Part shown: piece by piece, positions 18,105 through 26,016 of the stretch
Position numbering within the stretch: the first letter of the stretch is position 1
How the letters are laid out: each line of letters starts with the position of its first letter
The notes under the pieces: model-generated
Databases searched by the model: none
What the model saw: only the letters and a program-made list of their open reading frames with translations
What the model was told of the DNA's origin: nothing
Program-made: the position numbers and the translations under genes
From: Vulcanimicrobiaceae bacterium
GTDB taxonomy: Bacteria > Vulcanimicrobiota > Vulcanimicrobiia > Vulcanimicrobiales > Vulcanimicrobiaceae
DNA: 59,662 bases
Direction of reading: 5' to 3'
Assembly: GCA_035652755.1 (NCBI GenBank)
Contig: DASRDE010000243.1
Span: 1 to 59,662 of the forward strand

Positions 18105-18434
18105 TTACTTCGTGTGAGGCTTGGCGCCTTTCTTTGCCTTGGCGCTTTTTTTCGCGTTCTTGGTCTTCTTGGCAGGCTTCACTTTGTCGGCCGTCTTCTT
18201 GATGGCTTTCTTGTGCTGCTTGCCGTTCTTGGCCTTCTTGGCAGGCTTGACTTTGTCGGCCGTCTTCTTGATGGCTTTCTTGGCGTGCTTGGCAGTCTTG
18301 ACCGCGTGCGCGGGCTTAGCTGCCTTCATGGACTTAACCGTTTTGGCGGTCGTCTTCGCAGCCGGGTTCGCGGCCATGGCCGTGCCCGTCAGCAGAAACG
18401 CCGATGCAACGAGCGATGCGAGAATCTTCTTCAA
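18105..18434 (-). CDS. Secreted, extremely Lys/Ala-rich basic protein with an internal repeat
   Basis: The track start GTG 18443 abuts the GGAGG motif, whereas TTG 18434 lies 9 nt after it. That start gives MKKILASLVASAFLLTGTAMA-ANPAAK (a classical signal peptide). The mature part is mostly K/A/T/P, with KKAIKKTADKVKPAKK present twice. Confidence 0.65.
   Translation of the reverse strand: MKKILASLVASAFLLTGTAMAANPAAKTTAKTVKSMKAAKPAHAVKTAKHAKKAIKKTADKVKPAKKAKNGKQHKKAIKKTADKVKPAKKTKNAKKSAKAKKGAKPHTK
18165..18282. repeat. Near-perfect 49-nt direct repeat (offset 69 nt) inside the Lys-rich gene
   Basis: cttcttggcaggctt[c/g]actttgtcggccgtcttcttgatggctttcttg occurs at 18165-18213 and 18234-18282 with a single mismatch. 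The offset is in frame (23 codons). Confidence 0.8.
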
Positions 18435-18593
18435 TTTGTACACCTCCTCTCCGTGGATATGCCGTACTTCGCCCCGTTTGAAGAAGCGGAGTCGAAAAGG
18501 GAACGTACGGAGCCGCCGGTCTGTTCCGCGGCCTCGCTTGCTCCCCCTTTTTGAATTGTGTAAAGCGTACGGCTCAGACGGTAGTGCCCGCCT

Positions 18594-19778
18594 TCACGCT
18601 CCCGAGGACTTGGGCTTCCACTTCCCGACCAGAGATCGCGAGATGACGAGCCGCTGAATCTGCTGCGTGCCCTCGTAAATCTGCGTAATTTTAGCGTCGC
18701 GCATCATCCGCTCGACCGGGTACTCGACCGAATAGCCGAAACCGCCGAGCACCTGCACGGCGTCGGTCGTCACGCTCATCGCGACGTCGCCGCACTTGAG
18801 TTTGCACATCGCCGCCCAGAGCGTGACGTCGGGCGCGCCTTGGTCGCATTTGCGGGCCGCTTCATAGAGCAGCAAACGCGCCGCTTCGACTTCCGTCTTC
18901 ATGTCGGCGAGCATAAAGCCGATGCCCTGCTGCTGGCCGATGGGTTTGCCGAACGCGATGCGCTCTTGTGCGTATTTGGCCGCGTAGTCGAGTGCGCCGG
19001 CCGCAATGCCGAGCGCCTGCGCGGCGATGCCCGGACGCGACTTGTCGAGCACCTTCATCGCGATCTTGAAGCCTTCGCCTTCGGGGCCGATCATATTCTG
19101 CGCGGGCACCTGACAGTTGTCGAAGACCAGTTCGACGGTCGGCGATCCTCGAATGCCCATTTTCTTCTCGAGCTTGCCGACGGAGAAGCCCGGGAAGCCT
19201 TTCTCGACGATAAACGCGCTGATCCCCGCGGGCCCCTTCTCCGGATCCGTCACGGCGAAGACGCAAACGACGTCGGCGACGCTGCCGTTGGTAATCCAAA
19301 TCTTTTGTCCGTTGAGGACCCAATTCTCGCCGCGCTGCTCGGCGCGCGTGCGCATCGATCCGGCCGCATCCGAACCGCTTCCGGCTTCAGTAAGCGCGTA
19401 GGCGGCAATCCATTCGCCCGACGCCAGTTTGGGCAGATACTTCTTTTTCTGCTCCTCGCTGCCGCCGATGAGGATCGGCAGCATGCCCAGTTCCTGCACC
19501 GCGACGATGAGCGAAGAGGATGCGCAGGCTTTGGCGATCTCTTCGACGACCTTGACGTACGTTTCGAAGGTGCCCCCCAGCCCGCCGTATTCCGCCGGAA
19601 TCGGTATGCCGAGCAAATCGTTCTGCGCGAACAGTTCGCGAATGTCTTGAGGGTACTCGCCGCGTTCGTCGATCTCTGCAGCGCGAGGTGCGACTTTTTC
19701 GGCAACGAGGTCGCGGACGGTGGCGAGAATCATCGCCTCCTCTTCCGACGATGCGTGATGCGGCGCGGCTACGGCCAT
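18594..19778 (-). CDS. Acyl-CoA dehydrogenase (short/medium-chain type)
   Basis: 394 aa. ACAD architecture with TEAGSGSDA and the catalytic-Glu context YEGTQQIQRL near the C-terminus. Confidence 0.92.
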   Translation of the reverse strand: MAVAAPHHASSEEEAMILATVRDLVAEKVAPRAAEIDERGEYPQDIRELFAQNDLLGIPIPAEYGGLGGTFETYVKVVEEIAKACASSSLIVAVQELGMLPILIGGSEEQKKKYLPKLASGEWIAAYALTEAGSGSDAAGSMRTRAEQRGENWVLNGQKIWITNGSVADVVCVFAVTDPEKGPAGISAFIVEKGFPGFSVGKLEKKMGIRGSPTVELVFDNCQVPAQNMIGPEGEGFKIAMKVLDKSRPGIAAQALGIAAGALDYAAKYAQERIAFGKPIGQQQGIGFMLADMKTEVEAARLLLYEAARKCDQGAPDVTLWAAMCKLKCGDVAMSVTTDAVQVLGGFGYSVEYPVERMMRDAKITQIYEGTQQIQRLVISRSLVGKWKPKSSGA

Positions 19779-19863
19779 TCCCGAATTCTCCTTGGCGGCG
19801 GATTGCGGTGCCCAGACTTCGGGAGAGGCGCCCGCGTCCCCGCTATCGCATTACTGCGCTGGT

Positions 19864-20622
19864 ATGGACAAGGTCGTTGCATCTTGCGCCCTCGCCGTCC
19901 AAGACATTCGCAGCGGCTCGTCGCTCGCGGTCGGCGGATTCGGCCTGAGCGGCATTCCTCACAACTTGATCCAGGCGCTGCTCGAGCAAGGCGCAACCGA
20001 TTTGGTCACGGTTTCGAATAATTGCGGCGTCGACGGGTGGGGCCTGGGCGTGCTGCTCGAAGGCCGGCGCATTCGCCGCACGACGGGCTCGTACGTCGGC
20101 GAGAACAAGGAGTTCGAACGGCAGTACCTGCACGGCGAACTCGAGGTCGAGCTCGTACCGCAAGGTACGCTTGCCGAACGCCTGCGCGCGGGAGGTTGCG
20201 GCATTCCGGCCTTCTACACGCCGGCCGGCGGCGGCACGGAGGTTGCAGAAGGCGGCATACCGTGGAAGTACGACGCGCAAGGCAACGTCGTCGCCGCGTC
20301 GCCGAAAAAGGAGACGCGAACGTTCAACGGACGCGAGTACGTGCTCGAAGAGGGCATCGTCTGCGACTTCGCGCTCGTCCGCGCGAGCATCGGCGACCGT
20401 CATGGGAATTTGATCTTTCACAAGGCGACGCGTAATTTCAATCCGCTCTGCGCGATGGCCGGCCGCATCACGATCGCCGAAGTCGAAGAGCTCGTCGAGC
20501 CCGGCGCGATCGACCCGGAAGACGTTCACCTTCCCGGCATCTTCGTTCAGCGCGTCGTGCACGTGGGCAGCGCCGGCAAGCGCATCGAGCGCGTGACCAA
20601 CCGCAAGCGGGAGACCCGGTAG
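19864..20622 (+). CDS. scoA: 3-oxoacid CoA-transferase subunit A
   Basis: Start moved to ATG 19864 (MDKVVASCALAV...). GGFGLSGIP motif. Directly followed by subunit B. Confidence 0.9.
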   Translation: MDKVVASCALAVQDIRSGSSLAVGGFGLSGIPHNLIQALLEQGATDLVTVSNNCGVDGWGLGVLLEGRRIRRTTGSYVGENKEFERQYLHGELEVELVPQGTLAERLRAGGCGIPAFYTPAGGGTEVAEGGIPWKYDAQGNVVAASPKKETRTFNGREYVLEEGIVCDFALVRASIGDRHGNLIFHKATRNFNPLCAMAGRITIAEVEELVEPGAIDPEDVHLPGIFVQRVVHVGSAGKRIERVTNRKRETR

Positions 20623-21291
20623 ATGGCTTTATCGCGAACGCAGCTCGCCGCGCGCGTCGCTCAGGAACTGCGCGACGGGCAGTACATCAATCTAGGCATC
20701 GGTCTGCCGACGCTGATTCCGAATTATGTGCCGCAAGGCGTTACGGTCGTGCTGCAGAGCGAAAACGGCATTCTGGGAACCGGTCCGTATCCGTACGAGG
20801 GCGATGAAGATCCCGATCTCATCAACGCCGGCAAGGAGACGGTGACCGTGCTTCCAGGCGCGGTGTTCTTCGATTCGGCGCTCTCGTTCGGGATGATTCG
20901 CGGCGGCCATATCGACGTCGCCGTGCTAGGCGCGATGCAGGTTTCCGAGAAAGGCGATCTCGCCAATTGGATCATTCCCGGAAAGATGGTCAAGGGAATG
21001 GGCGGCGCGATGGACCTCGTGCACGGCGCCAAGTACGTCATCGTGATGATGGAGCACGTGGCCAAAGGCGGCGCGCATAAGATCCTCAAGGAATGTACGC
21101 TGCCTTATACCGGCCGCGCCGTCGTCAACCGCATCATCACCGACATGGCGACGATCGACGTGACGCCCGAAGGATTGGTGTTACGCGAGGTCGCTCCGGG
21201 AGTCGCAGTCGACGACGTTTTCGCCGCGACGGGTGCTCCGCTGGCCATGCCGGAGCACCCGAAGACGATGGTTATACCGCAAGGCGTCTAG
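20623..21291 (+). CDS. scoB: 3-oxoacid CoA-transferase subunit B
   Basis: 222 aa. LQSENGILG motif containing the catalytic Glu. The start abuts the scoA stop. Confidence 0.9.
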   Translation: MALSRTQLAARVAQELRDGQYINLGIGLPTLIPNYVPQGVTVVLQSENGILGTGPYPYEGDEDPDLINAGKETVTVLPGAVFFDSALSFGMIRGGHIDVAVLGAMQVSEKGDLANWIIPGKMVKGMGGAMDLVHGAKYVIVMMEHVAKGGAHKILKECTLPYTGRAVVNRIITDMATIDVTPEGLVLREVAPGVAVDDVFAATGAPLAMPEHPKTMVIPQGV

Positions 21292-21301
21292 TTCGAGCGC
21301 T

Positions 21302-21724
21302 TTAGCAGGGACCGAGCCACGTTTCGTTCGTGGTTTCGCGAAGAGTCGCGTACTTCTGGAATGCGCGCCACTGCGCGTAGTCGTCCATGCCGGATTGCCG
21401 GTCGAGGCGTTCGTGCAGCCCGATTGGAGAAGCGTTCGTCGATCCCGGATGCAAACAGATAAAGCCCGCGCTCTGTTCGAATCCGTCGCGTGAAAACGTG
21501 AGCCTGGACTGGCCGACCGGCGCGTCCCAAACGATGTAGAAGCCGCGGCTGTCCGTCACGGCTGCCGCCGAGCCCGCCGGGCCCTGCAGCGTTACGTGAA
21601 CGCCCGCGAGCGGCTGGCCCGTCTGCGCGTTGACGACGCTGCCTTCGATGTATGCCGGACCCGTGGCCAGCGCCAGCGCGGGGCAGAATGCCGCGAGAAG
21701 AAGAGTGAGGAGAAAACGTCTCAT
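21302..21724 (-). CDS. Small secreted carboxypeptidase-regulatory-like beta-sandwich protein, paralog 1 (C-terminal Cys tail)
   Basis: 140 aa. GGAGG 5 nt upstream. Signal peptide MRRFLLTLLLAAFCPALALA. Core IEGSVVNAQTGQPLAGVHV...TDSRGFY...FSRDGF, then CLHPG, and the protein ends ETTNETWLGPC. Confidence 0.75.
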   Translation of the reverse strand: MRRFLLTLLLAAFCPALALATGPAYIEGSVVNAQTGQPLAGVHVTLQGPAGSAAAVTDSRGFYIVWDAPVGQSRLTFSRDGFEQSAGFICLHPGSTNASPIGLHERLDRQSGMDDYAQWRAFQKYATLRETTNETWLGPC

Positions 21725-21793
21725 GATGACCTCCGTTCACTTCTTCAACGCGCGAGCACGCCGATTTGCGACAACGATTGCGCTAACGCGCGT

Positions 21794-22207
21794 TTAGCAG
21801 TTCGCCAGCGTCGTCGCGTTCGTCGTTTGCATCAAACCGGACGAGTTGCGCGAACGCAGCCAGTGCGCGTACGCGCCGCTGCCCGGATCCGTCGACAGGC
21901 GCACGTCGACGACCCGTTTCATCCCGGGATGAATGCACATGCGGCCGCTCAGCGGAACGTAACCGCGGCGGGTGAACGAGATCGTGACCGGTCCGAGCGG
22001 CACGTTGAACAGGTTGAAGAAGCCCTTTGCGTCCGACGTCGTCGAGACCGAGCCCGAGCGCGAAACCGCACGCACGTGCACGGCGCCCAAGTGCGCTTTC
22101 GTGGAGAAGTCGGAGATCGTGCCCTGCACGATTGCGGTGTTGGTCTGCGCCCATGCCGACGCGGGCACGAGCATGGCGCAAGCGAGCGCCCAAGCCAAAG
22201 GTTTCAT
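21794..22207 (-). CDS. Small secreted carboxypeptidase-regulatory-like beta-sandwich protein, paralog 2
   Basis: 137 aa. GGAGGG upstream. Signal peptide ending ASAWA-Q. Core VQGTISD...SDAKGFF...FTRRGY, then CIHPG, and the protein ends QTTNATTLANC. Confidence 0.75.
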   Translation of the reverse strand: MKPLAWALACAMLVPASAWAQTNTAIVQGTISDFSTKAHLGAVHVRAVSRSGSVSTTSDAKGFFNLFNVPLGPVTISFTRRGYVPLSGRMCIHPGMKRVVDVRLSTDPGSGAYAHWLRSRNSSGLMQTTNATTLANC

Positions 22208-22248
22208 GGTTGCCCTCCCGGCTGCCGTTTACCCAGCCGGGCGGCTCT

Positions 22249-22659
22249 TTAGCACGGGCCCATGTAGCGGGTCGACGTCGTCTGTTCGAAGACCGGATTC
22301 TTCATCAGCGAGCTCAGGAGCACGTAACCCTGGCCGGTGTGTTCGTGCAGGTGCGTCGACACCGTCCGCGTCAGGCCCGGATAGATGCAGATCAGGTGCT
22401 CTTCGAGCATGAAGCCTTCGCGCTGAAAGGCGATGATCGCGGGTCCCGGCGGCACGTCCCACAACATGTAGAAGCCCTTTGCGTCCGTGCGCGAGGTCAC
22501 GTTTCCGCTGGCCGTAACGGCCATCACCTGAACGTCGGGGATGGGCTTGCCCGTGCGGGCATCGTTGACGGTGCCTTCCACGATGGCGGTCGTAAGGTCC
22601 GCGCGGCCCTGAGCCGTAGCGAGCATCGCCAGGGTGAGAATAGCCAAGAGCCGTTTCAT
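22249..22659 (-). CDS. Small secreted carboxypeptidase-regulatory-like beta-sandwich protein, paralog 3
   Basis: Start set at ATG 22659 (GGAGG 6 nt upstream), within over-extended ORF 22249..23565. 136 aa. Signal peptide MKRLLAILTLAMLATAQG. Core VEGTVNDARTGKPIPDVQV...TDAKGFY...FQREGF, then CIYPG, and the protein ends EQTTSTRYMGPC. Confidence 0.75.
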   Translation of the reverse strand: MKRLLAILTLAMLATAQGRADLTTAIVEGTVNDARTGKPIPDVQVMAVTASGNVTSRTDAKGFYMLWDVPPGPAIIAFQREGFMLEEHLICIYPGLTRTVSTHLHEHTGQGYVLLSSLMKNPVFEQTTSTRYMGPC

Positions 22660-22673
22660 AAAAAGCCTCCGGT

Positions 22674-24251
22674 TTATAACGCTTCGGCCTGGGCAAATGC
22701 GACGCCGCTTCCCGAAATCCGTGCCGAAGCAACCGCGAGCAGCAGGGCAGTCTCCGCGATACTGGCCGCAATTGCCAGCGCCGCACCTGCCGCGGCCGAA
22801 TGCAGGAGCAACGCTCCCGCCACGGCGAGCAACGCGGGGGGCAGCGCAAGCAAGTACGTCAGCAGCGCACGGACCAGCGCGAGCGGTCCGCGCTGGTCGA
22901 CCGACGACGGAAAGAGCGCGTACAGCACCAAACCCACCGCTCGCAACTGAAGAACCGCGGCCGCGGCGACTGGAAACCCGGCTAAGATGAGACCAGGCGC
23001 GCGCATTGCGATTGCCCAAGCGGCAACGCCCGCACAAAGCGCGAGCGCAACGCGCCAGGACGTGCCGCACATCCATGCCAGCAAGCGCATCCAAAGCGGA
23101 TCGGGGCCGATCCACCACAGCGGTTTGCGCAGATCCGCCGCCAGGCCGATCGCCGATCCCATTGCGACGAACATGACGATCAGGTTCGTCGCCATATAAG
23201 CGAAAAGCGCGGTTTCGAGCAGCGGATCCTTCGAAGCGGCTGCCATTCGACCGAAGATCGTGCCGCATACCACGCACGCGCCGGCGCCCAGGACGAAAAG
23301 CCGCTGGATCGATCCCGATCTGCGCAGCGCGAGCCACTCCTTCCAGACGATCGTCCACGAACCGCGCAGCGGTTCGCGCCCTTGCGAAGAGCCTCCGCTG
23401 CGGCGATACGCATGCTCCATCGCAAAAACCGCTCCGCCGCCGCGTTTGGCGCGCTCGCGAAACTGCGATGCGCGAATCGATGCCGCGTACAGCTCGGGTC
23501 CCAAGCCGGTGCCTACTGCGAACGAACCGCCGATCAAGAGCGCGGCGGCTCCGAAGAACGACCACACCGCCGCCGGGTTACCGCCGAAGACTGCGTTGAC
23601 GGCGCGGCCCGCGCCGAGTTGCTCGATGCCGTGCGCGGCGTGGCGCATCTCCGGACCGATCAGCGTGGAGAGCAGCACGAGCAGCGGAAGCAATCCCGCT
23701 GCCGCAAGTGCGCCCGCGAAGCTCTGCGCGCTGCGCATGCCGGCGACGGCGCGCAGTTTGAGCATCGGAATGGCGATCGCCGCGGCAAGCGCCGATCCGG
23801 CAACGACCGCCAGACTCACACCCAGCACGAGGCCGCTCGCAGCGAACATGACGGTGTAGATCACGAGCGTAAACGTCATGCGTAAGATCGCGGAGGCACA
23901 GCGGCGCAGCTGCAGCCACATGACGACAAGCCGCTCGGGAATGTGCGACCGCGTGAGAAAGAGTGCCTCGGCGCTCGACGAGAACGTTCCGGCCACTCCC
24001 GACGCAGCACCGTACGCCATCACGCCCAGCAGCGTGACGTAGGCGAAGAAGATCGCGCTCGCATAGGGCTCGGCCACCGAAGCGCCGGGCAGCGCGCCGT
24101 GGTTGCGCGCGCGAAAGACCGCGATGAAAGTGAAATAGGCGAAGACGAAGAGATAGAGCAGCGCGCGCCCGGGCCTCCGCACGACGCTCATGCAGCGGTT
24201 GACGATCTGGCGCCACTCCAGGTATGCCAGCGCCGAAAGGCCGCCGTTCAT
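22674..24251 (-). CDS. Polytopic membrane protein, putative ABC exporter permease
   Basis: Start set at ATG 24251, 5 nt after the ATPase stop. 525 aa. Two hydrophobic multi-TM halves separated by a charged segment (ASQFRERAKRGGG...RRSGGSSQGREP). The layout resembles the Pfam 'putative ABC exporter' family, but this is unverified. Confidence 0.7.
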   Translation of the reverse strand: MNGGLSALAYLEWRQIVNRCMSVVRRPGRALLYLFVFAYFTFIAVFRARNHGALPGASVAEPYASAIFFAYVTLLGVMAYGAASGVAGTFSSSAEALFLTRSHIPERLVVMWLQLRRCASAILRMTFTLVIYTVMFAASGLVLGVSLAVVAGSALAAAIAIPMLKLRAVAGMRSAQSFAGALAAAGLLPLLVLLSTLIGPEMRHAAHGIEQLGAGRAVNAVFGGNPAAVWSFFGAAALLIGGSFAVGTGLGPELYAASIRASQFRERAKRGGGAVFAMEHAYRRSGGSSQGREPLRGSWTIVWKEWLALRRSGSIQRLFVLGAGACVVCGTIFGRMAAASKDPLLETALFAYMATNLIVMFVAMGSAIGLAADLRKPLWWIGPDPLWMRLLAWMCGTSWRVALALCAGVAAWAIAMRAPGLILAGFPVAAAAVLQLRAVGLVLYALFPSSVDQRGPLALVRALLTYLLALPPALLAVAGALLLHSAAAGAALAIAASIAETALLLAVASARISGSGVAFAQAEAL

Positions 24252-24256
24252 TGCGT

Positions 24257-24967
24257 TCAGCGCGTCAGCTCGAGGAAGACGTCTTCCGCATCGGCATGCG
24301 TTCCGGTCCGCGCTTGCAGCTCGGCGAACGTTCCGCAGCCGACGAGGCGTCCGTTCTTGAGAATGACGACCCGGTCGCAAATCGCCTGCGCTTGGGCGAG
24401 CATGTGCGTGCTGATCATGGTTGCGGCGCCCTGCGCCTGCAGCTCCGCGATGATGCCGCGCAGCTCGCGCTGTCCGAGCGGGTCGAGGCCGATCATTGGC
24501 TCGTCGAATAGGATCACCGGCGTGGCAGCGAGCACCGTCGCCGCAACCAGCGTCTTCTGACGCATGCCCTTGGAAAGCTCCGAACCGAGCACGTCGCGCT
24601 GGGAAATCATGTCGAACCGCTCGAGCAGTTCGGAGGCGCGCCTTTGCCAGCCGTCTTTCAGGCGGCAGCTCTTGGCGACGAACACCATGTGTTCCCAAAC
24701 CGTGAGCATCGGATAGACGTCGGGCGTCTCTGGGATCAGCGCGACCGTCTGGCCGCGCCGGTTACCGAGCTCCGCGCCGTCCCACAGAAAGCGGCCCTCG
24801 TCGGGGCGCAGCAATCCTGCGGCGCATAAGAAGGTCGTGCTTTTTCCGGCGCCGTTGGGTCCGAGCAGTCCGACGATCTCGCCGCCGGCTACGTCAAAGG
24901 AGAGCCCGTCGACCGCCAGTTTCTTCCCGAAACGTTTGGTGAGCGCTCGAACCTCGAAGGCGGGCAT
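24257..24967 (-). CDS. ABC transporter ATP-binding protein
   Basis: 236 aa. Walker A GPNGAGKST, signature LSKGMRQK, Walker B VILFDEP. Confidence 0.92.
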   Translation of the reverse strand: MPAFEVRALTKRFGKKLAVDGLSFDVAGGEIVGLLGPNGAGKSTTFLCAAGLLRPDEGRFLWDGAELGNRRGQTVALIPETPDVYPMLTVWEHMVFVAKSCRLKDGWQRRASELLERFDMISQRDVLGSELSKGMRQKTLVAATVLAATPVILFDEPMIGLDPLGQRELRGIIAELQAQGAATMISTHMLAQAQAICDRVVILKNGRLVGCGTFAELQARTGTHADAEDVFLELTR

Positions 24968-25024
24968 CCGCCTCTATTGCCGGCGGCTTCGCGCGGTTCC
25001 CTGCGGTGCTGTGTTCAGACTCGG

Positions 25025-25588
25025 CTACGAGAGCAGCGTCTCGCGCTTACCGTTCCAGCCCAGCACTCGCGCGAGCATGTCGGCGCGGTTCTTGGCGCCG
25101 GTCTTTCGAAGCAGCTGCTTGACGTAATCCGCGACCGTGGTTTCGGCGATCGAGAGCGACTGCGCGATTTCGCTGCCGCTCAAACCGTTCAAGATGAGTG
25201 TCAGCACTTCGACTTCGCGCTTGGTCAATGCGTAGCGTTCCGCGGTGCCGGTCAGGTCCTCGCGACGAGTTCCGTGCTCGATGAAGACCGCCACGTACGA
25301 ACCGGCACTGCCGGCCAGGCGGGAGACGCGCAAGACGAGGCTCGGCACCGGCCTGATGACCGCTTCCCGCTCGTCGCCCGAGTCGCGCCAGGCGCGAACG
25401 ACCTTGGCTACGGCCTCTTCCAGGATGTGGGGCAGCCGATGCTGTTCTCCCGGTGCGGGGTTGGGGACGCAGAGCAGCATGTCTGCCGCTTCCGGCTCGG
25501 CGAAAGCGATGTGCAGGCTTTCGTCGAGGAACAATACACGCGGCTTGGCGCGTCGTTTAACAATCGTTTCCAATGCGTCGTTGTCCAC
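25025..25588 (-). CDS. LuxR-family transcriptional regulator with an uncharacterised N-terminal sensor-like domain
   Basis: 187 aa, GTG start. C-terminal HTH LTKREVEVLTLILNGLSGSEIAQSLSIAETTVADYVKQLLRKTG. The N-terminal ~110 aa resembles the adjacent small ORF. Confidence 0.85.
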   Translation of the reverse strand: MDNDALETIVKRRAKPRVLFLDESLHIAFAEPEAADMLLCVPNPAPGEQHRLPHILEEAVAKVVRAWRDSGDEREAVIRPVPSLVLRVSRLAGSAGSYVAVFIEHGTRREDLTGTAERYALTKREVEVLTLILNGLSGSEIAQSLSIAETTVADYVKQLLRKTGAKNRADMLARVLGWNGKRETLLS

Positions 25589-25662
25589 GGCACCCCGGCG
25601 AGAGATCCGATAGGTAGAGTGCCCTGTTTGGTACGGTGTCCGGGGCCTCCTGGCCGGGCAGG

Positions 25663-25986
25663 CTACGCGCTCTCGCGGAGGCGGAGTTCTTCGAAGATCA
25701 GGGCCGTCAGTGAGAGCGAGGGGCCGACGATGGGGACTGTGTGCATCAGGCAGCGGTCGCTCACGAAGCGGGTCGAGTTCGTACGCTCGTTCGCCCGCGC
25801 CAGCGCTTCCACGTCTTTGGGTAACCCGTCTTCCCCGAAAAACTCGGCGAAGAATGGATCGTCGCTCTCTTCTCGAGCTACGACGTTACATTCTTCGTCG
25901 ACTATTACTACAAATCGCCGCGCGCGTCTGCGGGCCACTGCGTCCTCCACTTTATTGAAAATACTTCTCCACAAAGTAGACTGCAA
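25663..25986 (-). CDS. Stand-alone sensor-like domain protein (paralog of the LuxR regulator's N-terminal domain)
   Basis: 107-aa ORF from TTG 25986 with no SD. An alternative GTG at 25938 is preceded by GGAGGA and would give ~91 aa. By-eye similarity to the N-terminus of the 25025..25588 protein: RRRARRFVVIVDEE vs KRRAKPRVLFLDES; LPKDVEAL vs LPHILEEA; LSLTALIFEE vs SYVAVFIEH. Confidence 0.55.
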   Translation of the reverse strand: MQSTLWRSIFNKVEDAVARRRARRFVVIVDEECNVVAREESDDPFFAEFFGEDGLPKDVEALARANERTNSTRFVSDRCLMHTVPIVGPSLSLTALIFEELRLRESA

Positions 25987-26003
25987 TAGTGGTTTGGGGC
26001 CTG

Positions 26004-26016
26004 TGACACGGTGTCA
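26004..26016. promoter_or_regulatory. Palindrome TGACAC-G-GTGTCA upstream of the small sensor-like ORF
   Basis: Perfect 6-1-6 inverted repeat within the relatively AT-richer 155-nt intergenic region between the response-regulator stop and ORF start 25986. Confidence 0.25.

Noticed and set aside
21302-22659. N-x-S/T sequons in the three paralogs (NAS/NET, NSS/NAT, NVT) as evidence for N-glycosylation.
   Set aside because: The sequon positions are not conserved between the paralogs (paralog 3 has TST in the tail). No glycosyltransferase gene is present in the window. Short sequons occur by chance.
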